Assembly: GCF_019802085.1 (NCBI RefSeq)
Contig: NZ_JAHVHV010000001.1
Span: 1,218,874-1,242,873, forward strand
DNA: 24,000 bases
Source: Ferrimonas balearica
GTDB lineage: Bacteria; Pseudomonadota; Gammaproteobacteria; Enterobacterales; Shewanellaceae
Reading direction: 5' to 3'
Both the position numbers and the translations under genes were made by a program. Shown in pieces: positions 1 through 6,112 of the stretch (within the stretch, counting starts at the first letter, position 1; each line of letters starts with the position of its first letter). The notes under the pieces are model-generated. The model was not told where the DNA came from and did no database searches. It was given only the letters and a program-made list of their open reading frames with translations.

Positions 1-309
1 CAGGGCATCGGCATCGAGATCCACCGAGCGTTTGTCCCGGCCGGCTCGATGGCGATGGCTGCTGTACCGGCGACGGAGCATCGGCAAGCGTCCGGCGCCG
101 AAGGTGAGGGTGATAAACTCAATCAGCTCCGGCTCTAAAGTGGCGTCCCCCTGGGCTTCTCGGGCGAGCCAATTGGGCAGTTGCTCTTCCCGTACGCGCT
201 GACGCCAGGCGTGCGGCTGAACCAAACTGGCGTAGCGCACCAGGAAGGGATCCGAGCGGGTCAGCAAAAACTGGATAACGTCACAGGTGATGGGCAGGGG
301 TTTTGGCAT
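1..309 (-). CDS. hypothetical protein, N-terminal part only (gene runs off left edge of window)
   Basis: The minus-strand frame is open from ATG (309-307) to position 1, giving 103 codons with no stop. Third positions are GC-rich like neighbouring genes. Translation begins MPKPLPITCDVIQFLLTRSDPFLVRYASLVQPHAWRQRVREEQLPNWLAREAQGD... There is no convincing SD and I recognise no family. It is absent from the ORF track because it has no stop inside the window. Confidence 0.45.
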   Translation of the reverse strand, partial: MPKPLPITCDVIQFLLTRSDPFLVRYASLVQPHAWRQRVREEQLPNWLAREAQGDATLEPELIEFITLTFGAGRLPMLRRRYSSHRHRAGRDKRSVDLDADAL

Positions 310-342
310 TGGGGCTACACTTTTGGCAACGGGCAAGCAAAG

Positions 343-360
343 GTTACCACATGTGGTAAC
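343..360. promoter_or_regulatory. perfect 18-bp palindrome GTTACCACATGTGGTAAC (candidate operator 1)
   Basis: Read directly: 343-351 is the exact reverse complement of 352-360. It lies 34 bp upstream of the minus-strand ATG at 309, in the divergent intergenic region. It shares the 16-bp core TTACCACATGTGGTAA with the palindrome at 412-435. Confidence 0.6.
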
Positions 361-411
361 TGTCTTTTTCTTTAAATTTGAGTGTCATGGCTCACCAGAA
401 CATGGATTTTA

Positions 412-435
412 CCCATTACCACATGTGGTAATGGG
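412..435. promoter_or_regulatory. perfect 24-bp palindrome CCCATTACCACATGTGGTAATGGG (candidate operator 2 or RNA hairpin)
   Basis: Read directly: 412-423 is the exact reverse complement of 424-435. The right arm runs into the G-rich SD (GGGAGG 437-442) of the ORF starting at 450. Centre-to-centre distance to palindrome 1 is 72 bp. Confidence 0.6.
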
Positions 436-449
436 AGGGAGGAAACCTC

Positions 450-638
450 ATGGGACTGCGATTTAACCTGTTGGCCGAGCAAGCGGCCAACCGTGGCTAC
501 GGCATCAAGCTGAACGCCAACCATCCGGAGCATTACGATCTCTACGCCCTGGTGCCGCATCGGGTGGACCACAGTATGATCGACATGGACTACCAGGAGC
601 TATTGGAAGAGCTGGATATGGTCAATCGGGACGAATGA
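450..638 (+). CDS. small acidic hypothetical protein (62 aa)
   Basis: The ATG is preceded by a strong SD (GGGAGG, 7-nt spacer). Third positions are GC-rich. The C-terminus is acidic (DMDYQELLEELDMVNRDE). I recognise no family. The overlapping minus ORF 372..572 looks like an antisense shadow. Confidence 0.55.
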   Translation: MGLRFNLLAEQAANRGYGIKLNANHPEHYDLYALVPHRVDHSMIDMDYQELLEELDMVNRDE

Positions 639-721
639 GTTCGACACTGCGTTGTCCCAAATAGAGTTTAGCAATATAGAGAGACGCAAATGTTATATAG
701 ACGCGATTTATCTACGCGGTT

Positions 722-753
722 GAAAAATATGATTTTTAAAAACCATATTTTTC
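722..753. repeat. AT-only inverted repeat GAAAAATATG-N12-CATATTTTTC
   Basis: The 10-bp arms at 722-731 and 744-753 are exact reverse complements. The repeat sits in the AT-rich spacer between the 62-aa ORF and the secreted-protein gene. Confidence 0.5.
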
Positions 754-942
754 AGAATCATAAAAAATCCAGTAAAAAAGACTCCGTTTAATCAATGCGC
801 TGTGGATGAATATCTCCGTAACGCTTTGATGAAGATTCAGTTCGACCCCAAATAAAACCGTAAAGCATTGACTAAACTTGCGCCTCGGACTGGCCACCCC
901 GGCCAACTCTCTCTTAGCCCAACAAAACTAAGGGGCGCTGTT

Positions 943-2175
943 ATGAGACGATTCCGTTCTATCTGTGCGGTTCCAACCCTGTGCGCAATCGGCGTAAGTT
1001 TCGCCTTTGGCGTCTCCGCCGCCGAGCTCCATTTTGATCAACTCCCCACCGGCAAAATTGTCGGCGAACTGTCCAACGGTAAAGGCGCTTCGGGCCTGAA
1101 GGGCGGCACGGTCTACATCCATGGTTTTAACCCGGATCTCTCCATGGACGACAATGCCGCGGTGATCTTTGACTCCAGCAATCCCACCGGCGGTGACGAT
1201 GACCTGGGCACCCCCAATGAAGATTTCGGCGGCCCCGGGGTGGACGACCGCGCGGACCCCAACAGTGGCGGTAAAGCGGGCTCTCCCTATGAGAACGACA
1301 TGCCGTTAGGCAATGTGTTGATCATCAACGAGCCGGAAGGCCTGGTGGATACCAACGGCAACGGCGATATTGATCCCGATGACGCCAACGTAGTGGACCC
1401 GGATGACGACGATCAGAAAGGTCAGTTCTTCGAACTGGACTTCAGCGGCATCAAGGGCGGCAAGACCGTCACCATCAACACCATCAGCTATATGGATGTG
1501 GAACAGGTTGAAGGGGAGGACGGCACCAGTGTCTACCTGATGGGGCCGGATTTCCCGGCACCGAAGATGCTAACCCTGCACCCGACCGGCGACAATGGTG
1601 TCTACACCCAGGACATTGGCATTGAAGGGGTGGAGATCATGCGCATCGTGATGGGCGGCTCCGGCGCCATCACCGGTGTCACCCTGGAAGAAGATCCCGA
1701 GCGGCCCTGCTGGGTCACCACCGGCGGCTTCTTTAACGCCGGCGTGGTCTCCGGGCCCAAGCAGTGCACCTTCGGTGGTAACGTAGGTCCGCCGCCCTCC
1801 GGTGCCTTCGAGGTGAACTTCCACACTGACGGGCCGGACACCGGCGCGGAAGAGGGAGACAAGTTCCACACCAACGACATCGAAGCGGTGCGTTGTGAAG
1901 ATGAAGTGGAAGGCGGCCCACAGCAGCCTGGTGCCAACAAGGGCCTGGTGGTGGACACCCTGTACTTCGAGTGTACTGGACGCTTTAACAACGATGACGG
2001 CTACACCTGTGACGGGTATCTGCAGGATGCGGGTGAGCCGGCCGGTAAGCGGGGTAATGGCTACGACCGCATCTCCATGGTGATCTACGACGGCCAAGGC
2101 AGCGAAGTGGCCCGTTGTGAAGGGGACCTGGACGGCGGTAACGTGCAGATCCATCCTCCGGTACCCAATAACTGA
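943..2175 (+). CDS. secreted Asp/Gly-rich acidic protein, unknown family (410 aa from ATG 943)
   Basis: This is the long ORF 868..2175. I prefer the internal ATG at 943 because it has an SD (AGGGG 931-935, 7-nt spacer). That start gives a classic signal peptide, MRRFRSICAVPTLCAIGVSFAFGVSA/AE. The protein has acidic runs (GNGDIDPDDANVVDPDDDDQ) and a C-terminal half with 6 Cys. A rho-independent terminator follows. Confidence 0.75.
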   Translation: MRRFRSICAVPTLCAIGVSFAFGVSAAELHFDQLPTGKIVGELSNGKGASGLKGGTVYIHGFNPDLSMDDNAAVIFDSSNPTGGDDDLGTPNEDFGGPGVDDRADPNSGGKAGSPYENDMPLGNVLIINEPEGLVDTNGNGDIDPDDANVVDPDDDDQKGQFFELDFSGIKGGKTVTINTISYMDVEQVEGEDGTSVYLMGPDFPAPKMLTLHPTGDNGVYTQDIGIEGVEIMRIVMGGSGAITGVTLEEDPERPCWVTTGGFFNAGVVSGPKQCTFGGNVGPPPSGAFEVNFHTDGPDTGAEEGDKFHTNDIEAVRCEDEVEGGPQQPGANKGLVVDTLYFECTGRFNNDDGYTCDGYLQDAGEPAGKRGNGYDRISMVIYDGQGSEVARCEGDLDGGNVQIHPPVPNN

Positions 2176-2190
2176 TATGGTATTAATACC

Positions 2191-2220
2191 GCGGGGGCCT
2201 CGGCCCCCGTTTCTTTTGTT
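2191..2220 (+). terminator. rho-independent terminator
   Basis: A GC stem (CGGGGGCC / GGCCCCCG, 2192-2209) is followed by TTTCTTTTGTT, 16 nt after the stop at 2175. Confidence 0.7.
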
Positions 2221-2479
2221 CATGCCATCCAGAAAATGGGTGTTAGCCCCCTATGTAAAACACGATAATCTATAACAATTGTCGCTTTATTTGTGGTTCA
2301 TGCTCACACGCCAAATTACGTAAGAAATCCCATTATCAGTACTGCAGATTTATTATATTCAATAGCCAAATTCTGTTTTTCCTTTCCCTAATTTACGTCC
2401 GTTATATGAGCCTCTAGTTTTATTTCTCACAGGGTCACCCTATCAGTGGCCGCACTCAACCCTTAAGAGGAATGGAGCC

Positions 2480-3325
2480 ATGGCTTACGAGAATTTCACC
2501 ACCTTCAAGGTCGATGTCGCCGATGCCATCGCCTGGGTCACCTTCGATTTTCCCCCAGTGAATGTGCAGGGCCAGGAGATGCTGGCCGATCTCAACACGC
2601 TGGCGCTTCGCCTGGAGCGGGACCGCAGCATTAAGGTCGTGGTGTTCCAATCCGCCAACCCCGAGATCTGGGTCTGCCACTACGACACCAACCTGCTTAA
2701 AGAGATGTCTACCGAGGCGGTGTCGAGGGAGGAGGCCCAGCTGCTCGACCTGCAAGCGGTGCTGGAACGCGTCAGCAAACTGCCCCAGGCCACCATCGCC
2801 AAGCTGGAGGGCTTTGCCCGGGGCGGCGGGCATGAGTTCGCCCTGGCCTGTGACATGCGCTTTGCCGCCCGGGGCAAGTTCAAGTTCATGCAGATGGAGG
2901 TGGGCATGGGGATCCTGCCTTGTGGGGGCGGGGCATCTCGCATGGCCCGTCAGGTGGGGCTGGGACGGGCGCTTGAGATCATCCTAAGCGCGCGGGATTT
3001 TACCGCCGACGAGGCCGAGGACTACGGCACCATCAACAAGGCGTTGGAGCCCGATGAGATTGGCCCCTACGTGGAGAAGCTGGCCCGACGCATCGCCCAG
3101 TTTCCCGCCGAGTCCATCAACGCCTGCAAGCGGACGGTGTACGAGTCCATCGACAAGCCCATTGAGGAGGCGCTCAAAGCCGAAGCCTACTGGCTCTACC
3201 AGGCCACCAGCAAGACCCCGGCCATCAAGCGCTTTGCCTGGGCGGACGAGCAGGGCGCCCAGTTCGATCTGGACAACCAGCGCAATTGGGAGGCCCTGGT
3301 GCTGAGTGTCCAGGAGGTGAAGTAG
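2480..3325 (+). CDS. enoyl-CoA hydratase/isomerase (crotonase) family protein
   Basis: The 281-aa protein shows the crotonase-fold pattern recognised by eye: VVVFQSANPE..., KLEGFARGGGHEFALACDMRFAA, MEVGMGILPCGGGASRMARQVGLGRALEIILSARDFTADEA. Confidence 0.85.
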   Translation: MAYENFTTFKVDVADAIAWVTFDFPPVNVQGQEMLADLNTLALRLERDRSIKVVVFQSANPEIWVCHYDTNLLKEMSTEAVSREEAQLLDLQAVLERVSKLPQATIAKLEGFARGGGHEFALACDMRFAARGKFKFMQMEVGMGILPCGGGASRMARQVGLGRALEIILSARDFTADEAEDYGTINKALEPDEIGPYVEKLARRIAQFPAESINACKRTVYESIDKPIEEALKAEAYWLYQATSKTPAIKRFAWADEQGAQFDLDNQRNWEALVLSVQEVK

Positions 3326-3403
3326 GGGGGCAGGCAACCGGTTCGGTCAACCCAGGGGGGCAGGGCATATACTTAAGCCCACTTATGACGGACTTGCCCC
3401 CTT

Positions 3404-4318
3404 ATGGATACCGAGGCACTCAAGCTTTTTGTCACCGCCGCCGAGCGGCTTAACATCAGCGCTGCCGGACGCCAGCTGGGCCTGGCTCCGGCGGTGGCCA
3501 GTGCCCGACTGTCCAAGCTGGAGCAGGGCCTCGGTGTGGAGCTTCTTCACCGCTCCACCCGCAAGGTGGCCCTGTCGCCAGAGGGGGCCAAGTTTCTGCC
3601 TTTTGCCCGGGCCATGCTAGCCCAGGAGGATGCGGCCCTGGCGGCGCTGGGCCACGGCTGTGACGAGATCACTGGCACCTTGCGCTTTGCCGCCTCCAGC
3701 ACCTTTGCCCAGCTGTTCGTGGCCCCCATATTGCCGGAGTTTCTCGCTCAGCACCCCAGTCTCAACGTAGAGCTTCACCTGTCCGATAACCCAGTCAACC
3801 TGGTGGAGGGCGGGTATGATCTCGCCCTTCGTAACTACGCCATCCCGGAAAGCGGTTTGCGGGCCCGAAAGCTCGCCGAGGACACCCGAATACTCTGCGC
3901 GTCGCCGGATTATCTGGCCAAACAGGGGACACCCAAAACACCCCAGGACTTAGCTGACCATCAGCTGTTGGTGTTTATGGACGGCCACGGCAGAAAGCTG
4001 GCAAACCGCAATGGCGAGCCGGTCGGGACCTTCCCCCCGAATGGCGCCGTTAAGCGGGTGATCTGCGACGATGGCACCAGCATGCGGATCGCCACGGAGG
4101 CGGGGATTGGCATCTCCATGAACGCCCATTGGAGCGTCTACCGCGCCCTGGCCGAGGGCCGCCTGGTGCGGGTGTTGCCGGATCACGAAGTGATGGACAA
4201 CACCGCCATCTGGCTGGTGTATCCCAAGTCCCAGGTCGTGCACGCCAAGGTGCGCGCCTTTATCGATTTTCTGCTGGACAAGGTGGGCGATCCCCCACTG
4301 TGGACCCGTTTTGACTGA
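3404..4318 (+). CDS. LysR-family transcriptional regulator
   Basis: The 304-aa protein has an N-terminal LysR wHTH (LKLFVTAAERLNISAAGRQLGLAPAVASARLSKLEQGLGVELLHRSTRKVALSPEG). It also has a typical C-terminal substrate-binding domain length. Confidence 0.9.
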   Translation: MDTEALKLFVTAAERLNISAAGRQLGLAPAVASARLSKLEQGLGVELLHRSTRKVALSPEGAKFLPFARAMLAQEDAALAALGHGCDEITGTLRFAASSTFAQLFVAPILPEFLAQHPSLNVELHLSDNPVNLVEGGYDLALRNYAIPESGLRARKLAEDTRILCASPDYLAKQGTPKTPQDLADHQLLVFMDGHGRKLANRNGEPVGTFPPNGAVKRVICDDGTSMRIATEAGIGISMNAHWSVYRALAEGRLVRVLPDHEVMDNTAIWLVYPKSQVVHAKVRAFIDFLLDKVGDPPLWTRFD

Positions 4319-4399
4319 TCAGATCCTCGCTTTTGACGTTGCTGAGAGGGCTGGTGTCGCTATCATCACGGCCCTCAAACATCACCACCGGGTCGGGAC

Positions 4400-5017
4400 A
4401 TGGGTACGGCAACCAACAAAACAGTCATCAATGGCGTGTACGAGACAAACAAAATGCGGGTTCGGTTGAGCGAGGACCGCGTCACCAAGCACTTTAAGCC
4501 GACCACCAATGCCACACTGCGTTACCGTCGCGACCGCGAGGGTCTGCGCCTTCTCAGCAACGAGGACCGGTTTCCAACGCTGCTGAGTCACGATGATAAG
4601 AGCCAGACCCTGACCATGACGCGACTGCCTGGGCAGGCTGTAAACCAGCTATTCGCCCGGGAGCTGCCGCAGTTGCGCGCTCTGGTGGACACCATTCTCG
4701 ACTCGGGTGTGGCCAGGCACGCCATGCCGCTGAGGGACATACTGCGCGACGAGAATGGCACTTTGCGCATGGTGGATTTCGAACGAACCACCTTGCGCCA
4801 GGATGTGTGGGCACCGGCGTGGTGGATTGCCAAGCGGGTGACGCAGTATCACCTGTACCGAACCATCAACCAGGTGGACGGCACGCAGCTAAGCGAAAAG
4901 GAGCAGCGGTTTTTACGCCGCGCCTCGATGCTGCGCCGGGGGCTGCAACCCTTAAGGCCCATCAAGGAGAGCCTGAAGCAGCGCCGACTGTCCAGAGCAC
5001 TGGCGCGGGCCGCCTAA
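4400..5017 (+). CDS. hypothetical protein, possible small kinase-like (Kdo/WaaP/RIO-type) fold with non-canonical catalytic loop
   Basis: In this 205-aa protein, GVARHAMPLRDILRDENGTLRMVDFERTT resembles the G-V-x-H-x-D-L-x-x-x-N-I-L ... (I/V)DF(D/E)R segment of small bacterial kinases. The HxD Asp and the Asn are not in place. The C-terminal tail is basic. The gene uses several codons that are rare elsewhere in the window (AGG, AGA, ATA, TTA, CTA). The SD is weak. Confidence 0.55.
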   Translation: MGTATNKTVINGVYETNKMRVRLSEDRVTKHFKPTTNATLRYRRDREGLRLLSNEDRFPTLLSHDDKSQTLTMTRLPGQAVNQLFARELPQLRALVDTILDSGVARHAMPLRDILRDENGTLRMVDFERTTLRQDVWAPAWWIAKRVTQYHLYRTINQVDGTQLSEKEQRFLRRASMLRRGLQPLRPIKESLKQRRLSRALARAA

Positions 5018-5167
5018 GAATAATGCCGATAAATAGGATTACCGGCACTAAAGCGCGCCACACACATAAATGCGCACAATGTATATTATGTTAAATGCCG
5101 CATTTGTAAGGATAAGCGGATGCCCGGCCCCGGTTTGGCAGCCCACCGCATCACCCACGGCTTAGCC

Positions 5168-6022
5168 CTATTCCAACACCACTGTGCGTTGACCGTTCAG
5201 CAGCACCCGCTGCTGCGCCACCAAGCGAACGGCATCTGCCAGGGTCACCGCTTCGATGTCGTGTCCAATGTGGATCATCCGCTCCACCGACGCCCGGTGA
5301 TCCACCGCTTTCACCTCCTGACAGATGATGGGGCCTTCATCGAGATCCGGTGTGACGAAATGCGCGGTGGCGCCAATCACTTTTACCCCCCGTTCGTGGG
5401 CTTGGTGATATGGCCGTGCGCCCTTGAAGCTCGGTAGGAAACTGTGGTGGATGTTGATGGCCCGCCCGGCCAGCTGCTCGCATAAGCCGTCGGACAGGAT
5501 TTGCATGTAGCGCGCCAGCACCAGGTAATCCGCACCGAGCTCCCGAAACAGCCCAAGCAGTTCCGCCTCCTGCTGCCCTTTGGTCTCTTTACAGATGGGC
5601 AGATAAAAATACGGCAAGCCATGCCAGCGCGTCACGCTTTCACAGTCCCGGTGGTTGGACACTACACCGACGATCTCCACCGGTAATACTCCGGCCCGCC
5701 ACTTGGTCAAAAGATGGCTAAGGCAATGATCCTCTTTGGATACGGCGATCAAAAGCTTGGGTTTGGCCTCCAGAGGCCGTAACTGGTATTCGATGGACAA
5801 ACTCTGCGCCAACGCCTGCCAATCCCTTTCCAGTTGTTCATACCCACAGGAGAGAAATCGGTCATCAAAAACGGTGCGGGAGAAGAAGGTCTCAGTTTTC
5901 GGGTCGCTGTAGTGGGACACCTCGGTGATAAAGGCGCCATGCTGGTGCAGGCACCCGGCGGTTCTGGCCATTACCCCCAGTTGATCCGGGCATTTGAGGG
6001 TCAGCAGATAACGGGTGGGCAT
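5168..6022 (-). CDS. purU: formyltetrahydrofolate deformylase
   Basis: The protein has an ACT-like N-terminus (MPTRYLLTLKCPDQLGVMARTAGCLHQHGAFI) and a formyltransferase core (INIHHSFLPSFKGARPYHQA, GATAHFVTPDLDEGPII), as in E. coli PurU. The start is set at the internal ATG 6022, which has the SD AAGGAG 6 nt upstream and gives 284 aa. The track ORF start at 6079 would add 19 aa with no SD. Confidence 0.9.
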   Translation of the reverse strand: MPTRYLLTLKCPDQLGVMARTAGCLHQHGAFITEVSHYSDPKTETFFSRTVFDDRFLSCGYEQLERDWQALAQSLSIEYQLRPLEAKPKLLIAVSKEDHCLSHLLTKWRAGVLPVEIVGVVSNHRDCESVTRWHGLPYFYLPICKETKGQQEAELLGLFRELGADYLVLARYMQILSDGLCEQLAGRAINIHHSFLPSFKGARPYHQAHERGVKVIGATAHFVTPDLDEGPIICQEVKAVDHRASVERMIHIGHDIEAVTLADAVRLVAQQRVLLNGQRTVVLE

Positions 6023-6112
6023 GGCAGGCTCCTTTGCAATATGGCCCTCCATTTGTACGAATATTCGCCCTTTCGTCAAACTCTTGTGGCAATAAGTTAT
6101 CCCCGCCCTGCC

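Noticed and set aside
826-839. FNR-like sequence TTGATgaagATTCA upstream of the secreted-protein gene
   Set aside because: Only the left half-site matches. The right half (ATTCA versus ATCAA) is poor, which is not enough to call a site.
638-846. 8-bp direct repeat AGTTCGAC at 638-645 and 839-846 bracketing the ~200-bp AT-rich block, considered as a possible MITE-like insertion with a target-site duplication
   Set aside because: The segment between the repeats has no terminal inverted repeats, and an 8-bp repeat is short enough to be coincidence. The first copy overlaps the stop codon of the 62-aa ORF.
868-942. TTG start at 868 for the secreted acidic protein, as given in the ORF track
   Set aside because: No SD is present. 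The 25 extra residues would precede, and spoil, an otherwise canonical signal peptide. ATG 943 has an SD at the correct spacing.
3325-3364. 10-bp direct repeat GGGGGGCAGG, 30 bp apart, between the crotonase and LysR genes (G-runs)
   Set aside because: It is low-complexity G-rich sequence with only two copies. There is no clear structural or regulatory interpretation.
6023-6079. 19-aa N-terminal extension of purU (track start 6079)
   Set aside because: The internal ATG at 6022 has a near-perfect AAGGAG SD and matches the PurU N-terminus length. The extension has no SD.
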